Origin: Candidatus Bathyarchaeota archaeon
GTDB lineage: Archaea > Thermoproteota > Bathyarchaeia > 40CM-2-53-6
Reading direction: 5' to 3'
DNA length: 64,000 nucleotides
Assembly (NCBI GenBank): GCA_963833125.1
Contig: CAWHWX010000004.1
Coordinates: forward strand, 32,001-96,000
Positions 9,905 to 19,629 of this stretch are shown here, in pieces; the first letter of the stretch is position 1, and each line of letters begins with the position of its first letter. The notes under the pieces are model-generated. The model was not told the origin of the DNA. It searched no databases and worked only from the letters and a program-made list of their open reading frames with translations. The position numbers and the translations under genes are program-made.

Positions 9905-10867
9905 ATGACACGAGGGTCGGATTTTGCAATGACGCTACCAACCTACTCCTTCGAGATTCCATCTGACCAAGTCAATGGTCCGATGAACCTTTTCGAAACG
10001 GTACTTAGTGCGCAAACCTGTGAACCTGAATGGCTCAAGGAAGGTACGGCACTCACTGATGTTGAAGTCTTCCATGGAATCCCGGTCAAGTATACGGTGG
10101 GTCAATTCGGTGGCGTGGACGCATTCGTTCTGAAGGTTCAAGCGATAGCATGTGGTTTGGATGAAAGAATAATCGAAGATTTGAGGAAACACCTCGAGCA
10201 CGTTCTCGGCCTGAAAGATAATCTGAACGCTCTCTACGGCAAGTTTGCCGATATAGACGAACCATTATCCTCGACTTTCAAGAAACTACGAGGTTTACGG
10301 TTGATGCGGGGCACCGACCTCTACGAAGCCTTGATCTGCTCCATTCTCTCACAGAATAACTCTGTAAGATTATGGAACAGGACAGCCCGACTCATGATGC
10401 AGCATTATGGTCGGAGAGTCACTTTTCCGGATGGCTCTTCATCGTTTCTCTTCCCAGATGTAGAAACATTAGCGAGGCTGAACCCTCGGGCGCTCAGATC
10501 AAGAACGTCGATGGGATACAGAGCCAAACCTGTTGTGTTGGTTTCCCGAATGATCGTGAGTGGTAAACTCGATCTGACTGAGTTGACGAATCAGACCTAC
10601 GAAAATGCCGTGAATTCTCTTCTTGAACTTCCGGGGGTTGGCCCGAAGGTTGCTGACTGTTTCTTGCTCTACGGTGCTGGCTGTCTTGAGGCAGCGCCGG
10701 TGGACGTGTGGATCCATAGAGTTGTTTCGAAGTTGTACTTCCGCGGTAGGAAGGTCAGCAGGATGAAGACTGCAATATTTTTGCGCGAGCGTTATCTGGA
10801 GTGGGCGGGGTACGCGCAGTTATACTTATTTGATTACGCTCGAAGAATAAATCCGAAAATGGGATGA
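9905..10867 (+). CDS. HhH-GPD DNA glycosylase, 8-oxoguanine (OGG1-like)
   Basis: ICSILSQNN, MGYRAK, LPGVGPKVADC, PVDVW, WAGYAQLYLF. Confidence 0.85.
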   Translation: MTRGSDFAMTLPTYSFEIPSDQVNGPMNLFETVLSAQTCEPEWLKEGTALTDVEVFHGIPVKYTVGQFGGVDAFVLKVQAIACGLDERIIEDLRKHLEHVLGLKDNLNALYGKFADIDEPLSSTFKKLRGLRLMRGTDLYEALICSILSQNNSVRLWNRTARLMMQHYGRRVTFPDGSSSFLFPDVETLARLNPRALRSRTSMGYRAKPVVLVSRMIVSGKLDLTELTNQTYENAVNSLLELPGVGPKVADCFLLYGAGCLEAAPVDVWIHRVVSKLYFRGRKVSRMKTAIFLRERYLEWAGYAQLYLFDYARRINPKMG

Positions 10868-10886
10868 CAACAGTAGCCCGCGCTCA

Positions 10887-11414
10887 TTACCGGCGTCGCT
10901 GCTTGGCTGCCTCTTTGGTGAGCGGTTTCCGTTTCAATTTGGTGCCGCATACCAAGCAGACCTGATTGTCGCCTGTGGGGTAACGTCTAAAACAGGCTGG
11001 GCAATAGAGGATCCATTTGAATTTTTGGCGAATACCGTAGGTAGCCAACGACTGATAGGCCAAGTTGAGAGATTCCGCGATATTCTGTACGGCGTAATCA
11101 TCGCTCACAATGACCGGAGTCAAGCCTTCCAAGCTAAGATCTAAGGCTAAGGCTAGGATGCTTGTATCTGTCTTGGAAAGTGCAACTTTGTCACCGAGTA
11201 GTGTTGCTTTGCTGGAGACTTCGGTAAGGGAAGCAGATGTGGGGGTTTTGATCTTCATTTTACCTGAAGAACTTGAAACCGTTAATCGGTAAGAGGGCCC
11301 GGTTTGCTGCCGAAGTTCCTCAGTAACCTCCGGCACTGAGTAACTGTCAAATTCGAGCCCTAGTGGGTCGAGCCCCATGATGAGTGCGGAGGTATCAAGT
11401 ACGAGAACTTTCAG
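10887..11414 (-). CDS. nob1: Nob1 PIN-domain rRNA endonuclease
   Basis: VLVLDTSALI (PIN motif, upstream of the called ATG), LSKTD, SDDYAVQN, CPAC...CLVCG zinc ribbon; start must be CTG at 11414 overlapping the nadK TGA. Confidence 0.9.
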   Translation of the reverse strand: MKVLVLDTSALIMGLDPLGLEFDSYSVPEVTEELRQQTGPSYRLTVSSSSGKMKIKTPTSASLTEVSSKATLLGDKVALSKTDTSILALALDLSLEGLTPVIVSDDYAVQNIAESLNLAYQSLATYGIRQKFKWILYCPACFRRYPTGDNQVCLVCGTKLKRKPLTKEAAKQRRR

Positions 11415-12283
11415 GAACTTGTGCGCTCCATTTCGTGAAGTCTAGTTAGACTTCCCATAGGGGTTCCTTGACCTAGCCGAACGAAAGCAGTGTAATGCTT
11501 CGACTTCTTAATGCTCAATTTGACGTCTCGAGTAAGCTCTCTCTGGAAGCGACCATCAGCAACGACCAGAGCTTTCAGCTTCGGATCGAGCATCTGGATT
11601 GAGAGTTTTCTCTCCATCGACACGACTGTGGGCCTTACGAAGTCGAGCGGACAGATGAAAGTGATTACGAAAGCGTCTACAGATGAGTCAACGATAGGTC
11701 CACCCGCTGACAATGCATAGGCCGTTGAGCCAGTCGCTGTTGAAACAATTACTCCGTCTCCTCTGAATTGTGATAGGGGTTCGGAATCGACACCAAGCCT
11801 GAGTTCAAGCATTTTAGATGGGCTTCCCGAGGACACAACTAGCTCGTTAAGCGCATCAACGACGTGGGTCCCATTCATGTCAATTGCGAGTTTGGAACGT
11901 TTCTCAAGTCGATACTTACCCTTGCTGAACAGTTGAACTGCCCACAAGGCCTTGTTAGGTTCAACCTCAGTAAGGTACCCCCGCCGTCCCATGTTTACAG
12001 CAAGGATGGGCGTCTCCTTGTCGGGAATCGTCATAGCAGTCTTTAGAACGGTACCGTCACCGCCCACTGTAACCATCAAGTCAGCTTTGAGATCGCTTAG
12101 ATCCCTGCCGCCACCAAGCCGGCCTCTCTTAGCCAACTCCAATTCCGCAATCACTGAAATGCGCCTCTTCCTCAACTGACGTGCAAGATCCGACGCGATC
12201 TCAAGTGCACGTGGATCATCTAAGCGTGAGACAAGACCGACTGTGAAAGCCAATTTTCTTCTACCGATAAAACGTGTACTCAT
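11411..12283 (-). CDS. nadK: NAD(+) kinase
   Basis: GGDGT, ALNE, GDGVIVSTATGSTAYALSAGGP. Confidence 0.95.
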   Translation of the reverse strand: MSTRFIGRRKLAFTVGLVSRLDDPRALEIASDLARQLRKRRISVIAELELAKRGRLGGGRDLSDLKADLMVTVGGDGTVLKTAMTIPDKETPILAVNMGRRGYLTEVEPNKALWAVQLFSKGKYRLEKRSKLAIDMNGTHVVDALNELVVSSGSPSKMLELRLGVDSEPLSQFRGDGVIVSTATGSTAYALSAGGPIVDSSVDAFVITFICPLDFVRPTVVSMERKLSIQMLDPKLKALVVADGRFQRELTRDVKLSIKKSKHYTAFVRLGQGTPMGSLTRLHEMERTSS

Positions 12284-12436
12284 TCGCGAGGATAATTAAG
12301 TGATTCACCCAGCCTCCAAAAGATAACGCGATCCGCAGGTGCGATTCGCCCCAGGCGGATATCTACTGAAGATTCGCCGTCATTTGGTTGCAACTTAAAA
12401 CTCTCGTTTACAGAAACTAATGGTATTGGGGATGGA

Positions 12437-13516
12437 ATGCTGATGAAGGTTTCTAAGGCTACTAGGAAATTTGAGAATTGGCTAGGTAAACGAATACATT
12501 TAGTCCAATACGAGTTGAATCTAAAGCATAAGCTGATGACGGAACACTCCTTCTCATTCCTGCGGGCTACTTTTTACCGTTGGGCTCAAACTTGGCCTGA
12601 TGTTTGTCCTGAGCTGGCGAAGGCACCGAAAGTGCTCGCGGTAGGTGATCTCCACGTCGATAACTTCGGAACCTGGCGTGACAGCGAAGGCCGCTTAGTG
12701 TGGGGAGTCAACGACTTCGATGAAGCCTATCCCATGTCCTATGCTAACGATTTGGTTCGCTTGGCCGTCAGCGCAGACCTCGCCATCAAATCCGGACATC
12801 TCAAAATTAGTAATGCCCGCGCCTGCAAGGCGATTCTCGATGGCTATAGCACAGGCCTGAGAGCGGGCGGAGTTCCGTTCGTCCTCGAAGAGAATCATGA
12901 GTGGCTTCGCCGGGCAGCAACAGGAGTACTACGAAATCCTCCTCACTTCTGGGCGAAGCTGGATAGATTAGCCACCGTGCCCGACGTTCCCAAGAGCGCT
13001 AAGAGGGCACTTGAAAGCATACTTCCAGAAGATCGATACAGGACCGTGCACCGCGTCGCAGGAATGGGAAGTCTTGGAGGCGAACGGTTTGTGGCTCTTT
13101 CCACGTGGAAGGGCGGCCGAATAGCCCGTGAAGCTAAAGCCTTGGCTCCCTCAGCGTACATATGGGCCACTGACCAAAAAGGTTCAGAGAGAATTCTCTA
13201 CGAAGAAATCATCGAATCTGCGTGTCGAGCTGCTGATCCACTCGTTCGAGTAAGGGGACGTTGGCTTCTTCGCCGGCTTTCTCCTGATTGTTCGAGGATC
13301 GAACTAACCCAATTGCCTGAGAAAGTTGATGAACGGCGCCTTCTTGAGGCGATGGGATTTGAAACCGCAAACGTACACTTGGGCAGTGAGTCTGCGGTGG
13401 ATGATGTACGTCGAGATCTTTCGAGGAGGAGACCGGATTGGTTACACTCAGCCATGAAGAAAATGACCGACATGGTTGTCGAGGACTACGAGGATTGGTG
13501 CAAACTACGATCCTAG
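12437..13516 (+). CDS. DUF2252 family protein (kinase-like fold)
   Basis: FSFLRAT, VGDLHVDNFG, GVNDFDEA, RVAGMGSLG. Confidence 0.85.
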   Translation: MLMKVSKATRKFENWLGKRIHLVQYELNLKHKLMTEHSFSFLRATFYRWAQTWPDVCPELAKAPKVLAVGDLHVDNFGTWRDSEGRLVWGVNDFDEAYPMSYANDLVRLAVSADLAIKSGHLKISNARACKAILDGYSTGLRAGGVPFVLEENHEWLRRAATGVLRNPPHFWAKLDRLATVPDVPKSAKRALESILPEDRYRTVHRVAGMGSLGGERFVALSTWKGGRIAREAKALAPSAYIWATDQKGSERILYEEIIESACRAADPLVRVRGRWLLRRLSPDCSRIELTQLPEKVDERRLLEAMGFETANVHLGSESAVDDVRRDLSRRRPDWLHSAMKKMTDMVVEDYEDWCKLRS

Positions 13517-15354
13517 GGTGGGCCCGGCTTCAAACTTTGGTTATCTGTCTCTTGACTCGATTTCCCGAGAGTGTCTCCCCGTTGCTTGTAAGCGGCGTCT
13601 AGATCGTAGATTGTTTTGAATTCATTCTCTCTTCCAATCAATTCGGTGATCTTGTCTCGGCCAAACTCATCCCAGACTTTATCCTGAATCTCGACCAAGA
13701 CAAGGGTAATTCCTCTTTGTTTCAAAAGCCCGTAGATCTCACGCAATGCTGCGGCTGCGGAAAAATCAACATCATCCATAGCTGACCCATCTAAACAGAA
13801 CCAGGAAATCGGTGGGTTTGCGCTATTCACTAACTGAATGACTTCGTTCTTGAATCCTTGGCAATTTGCGTAATACATACTGTGGTTGAAGCGGTAGACG
13901 ATCATACCTGGAAGGAACTGAGCTCGGGCCGTCACAGGAAGCCACCGCCAGCGCCCTTCTTCGTTAATTGAAAGTAGACTGTTGTTGGGCCGATATCCTC
14001 GGCGAGTATGGTCGATGAGGGATAACGCGATTGTGAGAAGTATTCCTTGCTCGACCCCAACGACCACCACAGTCACGGCGGTTGCGATGGCTATCCAGAA
14101 CTCACTGGGACGTTGCACGAAAATCTCCCGCATCTCCTTAACGTTCACCAACTCAGTCGCTATGATGAAGACGATCGCTGCCAGAACCGCGATTGGCATG
14201 TATGAGAGCGGAGCAGTTATGAAAAGCAAAACCGCAACGACGATACCAACGGTTGTGAGCTGTGCAAGCTGACTGCGACCCCCAGCGCTGTCAACCATCT
14301 CGGTTTTAGTTGGACTACCATTCACGACGAATGTCCCGGATAATCCTGCACCGATGTTAGCAATGGCTAGTCCGATTAGGTCCATGTTCTCGTCGAAAGG
14401 CTCGTTGTAGCGGGTCGCGTAAGCTTGAGAAGTAGCCGCACTTTGGGTCAGGACTACTATGAACATCACGAGGGCGGTAGGAAAGAGCCGTTGAAGTATG
14501 CTCAAACTTAGCGGCGCGTTCGGGAAACCTAGGTTGGGTAAGCCGCTGGGAATCGCTCCGATCATATCAACGCCGTATAAACCGAGGTGGAGGGTGTAGC
14601 TGCCAATGATTGCGCAAATTACGGCGATCAACGCGATGGGGATCTTCCTGGAGATTCTCCGGGTACCAAAGATCACTACCAAAACCGTAAGGGAGATTGC
14701 TAACGAGTAGACGTTCAATTTGGATAGTTGCGCAAGATCAGTGACGAGTTCTTGTACTGGATTAGTTCCATGGGATGGGATTCCGAGCAAATCAGGAAAC
14801 TGCTTAATGGCCACCTGAACTCCCACACCAGCAAGAAAACCGACTAACACCGTTCGCGAGAGAAAATCCGCCAGAAACCCCAACCTTACCAAACGGGCGC
14901 CGATCAGCAATAACCCAACCATTAACGCCAACACGCTCGCGTATGCCACGTAGTCAGGAGAACCGATTGTGGCGATTCCAACCAATCCAGCCGCTAAAAC
15001 AGCAGCCGTTGCAGAATCCGCGCCGACTACTAGGTGACGCGACGAACCGATAAGGGCATACAAGGCCATCGGGACGAGGATCGTAAAAAGACCGGTAATT
15101 ACCGGAGTTCCCGCAATTCTTGTGTACCCCATAACTTCGGGAATGGCCAGAGTGGCCAGTGTAACACCGGCGAGAATGTCCTTCGATATCTGCGATTTCT
15201 GTAGGGGCAATATCCCTTGCAGAAGATATCGTTTAGGGTGCGGATCATTCCCACCTAGTGCTTTGTTCTGAATGGAACCCCCCTCCCTGCTAACAACAGC
15301 ATACCTGACTCTTGATCCAGCAATCTGAGCATGGATGGTCTCATAGATAGGCAT
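13513..15354 (-). CDS. SulP-family anion transporter with STAS domain (start uncertain)
   Basis: DILAGVTLATLAIPEVMGY, GSSRHLVVG, C-terminal STAS (YYAN, DVDFSA); the track's 5' extension to 15570 overlaps another ORF. Confidence 0.9.
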   Translation of the reverse strand: MPIYETIHAQIAGSRVRYAVVSREGGSIQNKALGGNDPHPKRYLLQGILPLQKSQISKDILAGVTLATLAIPEVMGYTRIAGTPVITGLFTILVPMALYALIGSSRHLVVGADSATAAVLAAGLVGIATIGSPDYVAYASVLALMVGLLLIGARLVRLGFLADFLSRTVLVGFLAGVGVQVAIKQFPDLLGIPSHGTNPVQELVTDLAQLSKLNVYSLAISLTVLVVIFGTRRISRKIPIALIAVICAIIGSYTLHLGLYGVDMIGAIPSGLPNLGFPNAPLSLSILQRLFPTALVMFIVVLTQSAATSQAYATRYNEPFDENMDLIGLAIANIGAGLSGTFVVNGSPTKTEMVDSAGGRSQLAQLTTVGIVVAVLLFITAPLSYMPIAVLAAIVFIIATELVNVKEMREIFVQRPSEFWIAIATAVTVVVVGVEQGILLTIALSLIDHTRRGYRPNNSLLSINEEGRWRWLPVTARAQFLPGMIVYRFNHSMYYANCQGFKNEVIQLVNSANPPISWFCLDGSAMDDVDFSAAAALREIYGLLKQRGITLVLVEIQDKVWDEFGRDKITELIGRENEFKTIYDLDAAYKQRGDTLGKSSQETDNQSLKPGPP

Positions 15355-15446
15355 TCTTGGGATTGAAGCTTCTTCATCCGAATAATGACGCGGCGATGCA
15401 GCAGCCTTCTCCATGCCTTGAGCAAGTAACAGGACCACTCTTGTTT

Positions 15447-15614
15447 CTATCGAAAGATTGCTTGATCGTAGAGAGTCAGTTGCCCAGTTTTCCGTCCCAC
15501 ATACTTCTGGCAGTGTGGGCACCGTTTGAAAACGAATGTACGCTTGCGGAGCACAGTAATCCGAATCCATTTGCCGCCACAGTTATTGCAGTACCTGCAA
15601 TCGCCGACAGACAT
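15447..15614 (-). CDS. 55-aa zinc-finger microprotein
   Basis: Own translation MSVGDCRYCNNCGGKWIRITVLRKRTFVFKRCPHCQKYVGRKTGQLTLYDQAIFR*; two CxxC pairs; AGGTGG SD upstream. Confidence 0.7.
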   Translation of the reverse strand: MSVGDCRYCNNCGGKWIRITVLRKRTFVFKRCPHCQKYVGRKTGQLTLYDQAIFR

Positions 15615-15820
15615 TAGCAATCCACCTATCTTAGGAGCCGACTAAGCCTTGGCCTTGCTAACCAGTAGAGCCCTAATGGGCACTGCAGGGAAAAATACCC
15701 AGAGGGAGAGAGATAACAGACTTATTCCCCTTTTACCTAAATTCATGTTATCGTGTGCGTCCTTAGAACAGGGTGTACTCCAAGCGACAGGATAACGGGA
15801 GCAGGGACTGGAATTTAGAG

Positions 15821-16441
15821 ATGCAAGCTGCATGCTGCAAAACGAAGGATAGGCACCTTCCCACATTCGTCATGGATAATTTTGTGCGGCGCTGGTTGTC
15901 TCCCCCGAAGAAGAAAGTATCAAAATTCCTATCAGCCGGGATTGTGGTCGCCGATGTCGGCTGCGGACCAGGTTACTTCACCATCCCAATGGCCGAGTTG
16001 GTCGGATCGACAGGGAAAGTATACGCCGCAGATTCGGATCCAAAATCAATCAAGGTGCTGAAAGCGAAATCGGAGGCACGAGGACTTGAGAGCGTGATCG
16101 AGGCACATGCCACTTCTGCCGCAAGTTTGGGAGCGATACCTGATCGCTCGGTCGACTTTGTGTTCGCAAACGGCGTTCTTTGTTGCATGGTAGATCATGC
16201 AGGGGCAATCGAGGAGGTAAAGCGTATTCTGAAACCCCCAGGACTAGCCTACCTCAGCGTCACAAAATTGTACAGGAAAACAGACCCCAAGGCGGTCACC
16301 AATGAAGAATGGTGGCGAATACTGGAAGGTTTCAGCGTTCGTGAAAACGGCGAGGGGTTCCTGAATCGCTGGGCCAGCGTGTCAGCCAAGCACGAGATGC
16401 CCAAGAGACCAATTGCCAGCGCGCCAAAGGCAAGTGTGTAG
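15821..16441 (+). CDS. class I SAM-dependent methyltransferase
   Basis: VADVGCGPG, VYAADS, SVDFVF, RILKPPG. Confidence 0.88.
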   Translation: MQAACCKTKDRHLPTFVMDNFVRRWLSPPKKKVSKFLSAGIVVADVGCGPGYFTIPMAELVGSTGKVYAADSDPKSIKVLKAKSEARGLESVIEAHATSAASLGAIPDRSVDFVFANGVLCCMVDHAGAIEEVKRILKPPGLAYLSVTKLYRKTDPKAVTNEEWWRILEGFSVRENGEGFLNRWASVSAKHEMPKRPIASAPKASV

Positions 16442-16529
16442 TTTGCCCGGAGAATGCGGGACGAGTTAACCTTTTAGACGAAGAGTGGACGTAGACTGGT
16501 TTCGAGTTTAGGCTTACGGGCGAAGAACA

Positions 16530-16925
16530 CTGAGCAAACCAGTAGACATAGGCTCCCTAAAGATCGGCCATTACGTGATTATCGATGGGGAACCTTGCAA
16601 GATTGTAGAATACGAAAAATCAAAACCGGGAAAACACGGAGCTGCCAAGGCGAGAATTGTAGCTATCAGTGTAACGACTAATACGAAGAAGAACTTGATC
16701 GGCGCAGTGGATGCCCGCGCAGAGGTCCCAATGATCGAAAAGAAAACGGGACAAGTCTTGGCTTTAGTTGGTAATAATGTGCAGATAATGGATATGGAAT
16801 CCTACGAGACTTTCGAAACCCCAGCTCCCGATGAAGAAGAGCTCAAGTCAAAGTTAGCGCCCGGCGTCGAGGTTGAGTATTGGCAAATGCTTGGCCAAAA
16901 CAGGATAATGCGAACCAAGGGTTAA
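16530..16925 (+). CDS. eif5a: translation factor aIF5A
   Basis: [14 protein letters not shown] hypusine loop; conserved N-terminus [15 protein letters not shown] begins at CTG 16530. Confidence 0.95.
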   Translation: MSKPVDIGSLKIGHYVIIDGEPCKIVEYEKSKPGKHGAAKARIVAISVTTNTKKNLIGAVDARAEVPMIEKKTGQVLALVGNNVQIMDMESYETFETPAPDEEELKSKLAPGVEVEYWQMLGQNRIMRTKG

Positions 16926-16963
16926 TCCCCCTCTACCAACCCCCTATCCTACGTGCCCCTACT

Positions 16964-17893
16964 ATGCCGTTAGTGTCTCACATCAAAATCAAGAGAAGAA
17001 TGACGGTCTCCAACATTGCCGAACAGATGGAGGCCGTGCAAGTCCTTGGTATGGGTAGGTTCGGCAAGGCAGCGAGAATCCTCAGTGAAATGTTCCAAGA
17101 CAAGAATTACACAACTATCCTCTCTCTCGCTGGACCACTGATCCCAGGCGGCCTTAGGACCGTAATCAGAGATTTGGTGGATGGTGGGTATGTCAATGCT
17201 GTCGTTACGACTGGAGCAAACGTTACACACGATTTGCTCGAAGCGTTGGGACATAGGCATATCGTAGGATCCGAAACCGCCGACGACACAAAACTTCGAA
17301 AACGCGGCCTATCCAGAATCTACGACCTCCTAGTGACGCAAGAGGGGATTGAGGCTCTCGAGAGGGCTACCTACCGGATGCTGAATCGTATCCCCGAGTC
17401 GAAACGGAGGAACATAGGAAGTTACGAGTTATTGGCGGAATTTGGCAAACAGGTTAGAGATAGAGGGTCACTTCTTCACACTGCTCAAGCTCGCGGAGCA
17501 TCAATCTTTTGCCCCGGCATCTTCGATTCAATGCTCGGCCTCCACCTCTGGACCTACAGCCGACTCCACACACTATTCGTCAACCCTTTCAGGGATTTTT
17601 CAAAACTCGTCGATATGACGTACGAAAGGAAGAAGGTTGGCGTAGTGATTCTTGGGGGAGGAATGCCGAAACATCAGGCGCTGATCGCCAACACATACCG
17701 AGGTGGCGTCGACGCCGCCATCCAGATCACTCTCGATCGGGCGGATGGAGGAGGGTTCAGTGGTGCACCTCTTGAGGAAGCTATTAGCTGGGGGAAAATT
17801 AAAACCCCGAAAAACCTCGTAACAGTGGTGGGAGATGCTACTGTTTTGTTTCCCTTACTCACCGCGGCTGCCCTCGACCGAGTTAAGAACTAG
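16964..17893 (+). CDS. dys: deoxyhypusine synthase
   Basis: TTGANVTHD, LGGGMPKH, GGFSGA..EEAISWGK, GDATVLFPL; adjacent to its substrate gene. Confidence 0.93.
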   Translation: MPLVSHIKIKRRMTVSNIAEQMEAVQVLGMGRFGKAARILSEMFQDKNYTTILSLAGPLIPGGLRTVIRDLVDGGYVNAVVTTGANVTHDLLEALGHRHIVGSETADDTKLRKRGLSRIYDLLVTQEGIEALERATYRMLNRIPESKRRNIGSYELLAEFGKQVRDRGSLLHTAQARGASIFCPGIFDSMLGLHLWTYSRLHTLFVNPFRDFSKLVDMTYERKKVGVVILGGGMPKHQALIANTYRGGVDAAIQITLDRADGGGFSGAPLEEAISWGKIKTPKNLVTVVGDATVLFPLLTAAALDRVKN

Positions 17894-17907
17894 ACGTAAG
17901 TTGCGAC

Positions 17908-18279
17908 TTACTTCGTTCGAGGTAGATGGACTTCCAGTACGCCTCGTTTGAATTTTCTTGTCGCTTGCTTCTCATTAACAGGTACGGGCATCCGAATGAT
18001 TGCGTGGTAGGAGGTGAATTCTCCGTGCCTGTGCTTAGCTCCCAGATCATGGAACGTGATCCGCTTAGTAGTCTCGGCGTACACTTCAATGGAATCCTTG
18101 GTTGGGAGTTTTAATTTCAAAGATTTTTGGTTGACGTAGGGCAGGTCGACCGTTAGGACAACTTCTTTGGCCGCTACGAATAGGTTGTATAACGGTTGGA
18201 TAGCGGACGACGCGACGTTCCACCCCGAGCCATGAGGCGGTGAGGTATTGACTCTTGATTCTGTACTCATTGAGTTCAC
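17908..18279 (-). CDS. Hsp20/alpha-crystallin family protein
   Basis: QPLYNL...VDLPYV...MPVPVN...FKRGVLEVHLPR. Confidence 0.75.
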   Translation of the reverse strand: MNSMSTESRVNTSPPHGSGWNVASSAIQPLYNLFVAAKEVVLTVDLPYVNQKSLKLKLPTKDSIEVYAETTKRITFHDLGAKHRHGEFTSYHAIIRMPVPVNEKQATRKFKRGVLEVHLPRTK

Positions 18280-19037
18280 CCGTAGAGTGGGGGCAGGTCG
18301 TATTCATGTGACTTGTTCATCTTGTTCATCTCTTCGTGCGTTCGATGCATCATATCCTTACTCCGCAAACGAATCTCTTCTCCCCTCTTCAGAAGCTCTG
18401 ACACGTCGACCTTCAAATCCAGAATTTTGTTAACTGCGGTTAGGGCTGCGCCGGCGGCTTCGGGGTCAGGATAATTGTAATGTGACTGCGTCATCAACGT
18501 GATGGCTGGTAGGGCGGTTTCGACACATTTCCGAAGTAGCAACCCGTAGACACCGACGATATACCCTTCCTCCAAGATCTCAGCGGCTCCATGCAATTGA
18601 GGCTCCAACTCCTTCGCAGAGAGGGCCGCGAACACTTTAGGCACGTCTATGTCCTGACGATTAGCCACAGCCATCCCGCCTAACGATAGCATCAACTTAG
18701 CATTCTTGCCGCGAGCCCATTCTACGAGTCCGTTGGCGAGCGGGCGGACGAGTGAGCCTGGGATTACGGTTTCGGATATCACAACCACGAGCCCATTGCC
18801 TGAGAAGATCCGGAATGGTGCCTTCGGTACACCTCCATGAAGCACGATCATGGGCGGTAGGAGGTCTGATTCAATCGCGCCCACTTCCCGAAGCTTCAGA
18901 TCGCTGATAATGTGAGACGCGGCTAGGAGACCTACTAGGCCTACGTCGGGTAGACCATTGATCACAACTGCACTTTTAGGAATTGAACCAGTCTCGATGA
19001 TTCTTAACCCGTCATTCGCAGACAGGTTAGCAGACAT
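18276..19037 (-). CDS. PAC2-family proteasome assembly chaperone
   Basis: GLPDVGLVGLLAA, PDPEAA, C-terminal PPLYG (HbYX-like). Confidence 0.88.
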   Translation of the reverse strand: MSANLSANDGLRIIETGSIPKSAVVINGLPDVGLVGLLAASHIISDLKLREVGAIESDLLPPMIVLHGGVPKAPFRIFSGNGLVVVISETVIPGSLVRPLANGLVEWARGKNAKLMLSLGGMAVANRQDIDVPKVFAALSAKELEPQLHGAAEILEEGYIVGVYGLLLRKCVETALPAITLMTQSHYNYPDPEAAGAALTAVNKILDLKVDVSELLKRGEEIRLRSKDMMHRTHEEMNKMNKSHEYDLPPLYG

Positions 19038-19158
19038 CCATGAAACCTTCCGACGTGAGACGTTCGAAAAGCAACCTTTGGCGACTAAATAAACGGTTCG
19101 TAGGAGTACGTGATTTCTCAAAACCAGACCTGTATAACATATGCTAGACATCTTTTTC

Positions 19159-19520
19159 GTGGCCGCTTTCCGGGAAAAAGGCGCTGTTTTCGGCCACTGA
19201 CACGTAAGGGACAAGTCAGGGTGCATTGCAAAGGTAACGTCAACTTGTTGGTTGCTCCGGCAAATCGCTTCGTATGAGGGGATTGAGGCGTAAAATGGGG
19301 CGAGGGGTATCTTCGTTTGGCACCGTTTGGCACCACCCCTCGAGGGGTGGATCCACCCTGCCTAATTCCGCACAGAAAACGAGAAGAACCTCTTAACAAC
19401 CGTTACCTGGACGTTACCATTGCATAGTGCAATGTACCCATGTTTTCCTTCAGCCAAATCCCGCAGTTTACCCGGCTCTCCCGTAGCCCATGCGTTGATG
19501 CAAGCGCTTCAGGGTAACGA
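19159..19520. repeat. intergenic cluster of inverted repeats, palindromes and a tandem repeat
   Basis: GTGGCCG/CGGCCAC (19159/19191); long imperfect IR 19219-19241 vs 19410-19439; CGTTTGGCAC x2 (19314-19333); perfect palindromes 19333-19350 and 19345-19358. Confidence 0.8.
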
Positions 19521-19629
19521 ATGGTTCTGTAGTCATGAAGGATCAATCGACTAAGAACCCGCGGTGTGCCGGCAGAACTTTTAGGCTACGGGCGACAACC
19601 CATGAACTTGATTCGAGAGCGGAAATTGA

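Noticed and set aside
15355-15570. Long N-terminal extension of SulP in the ORF track
   Set aside because: It overlaps a better-supported zinc-finger ORF with its own SD and has no SulP-like features.
16610-16655. eIF5A loop KPGKHG instead of KTGKHG
   Set aside because: This Pro variant is common in archaeal aIF5A, and the modified Lys is intact.
19038-19629. SRP (7S) RNA or RNase P RNA next to srp54
   Set aside because: GGAGCAACC occurs on the minus strand but without the CAGG...GNRA helix-8 partner, and I found no GAGGAAAGUCC-type P4 strand on either strand.
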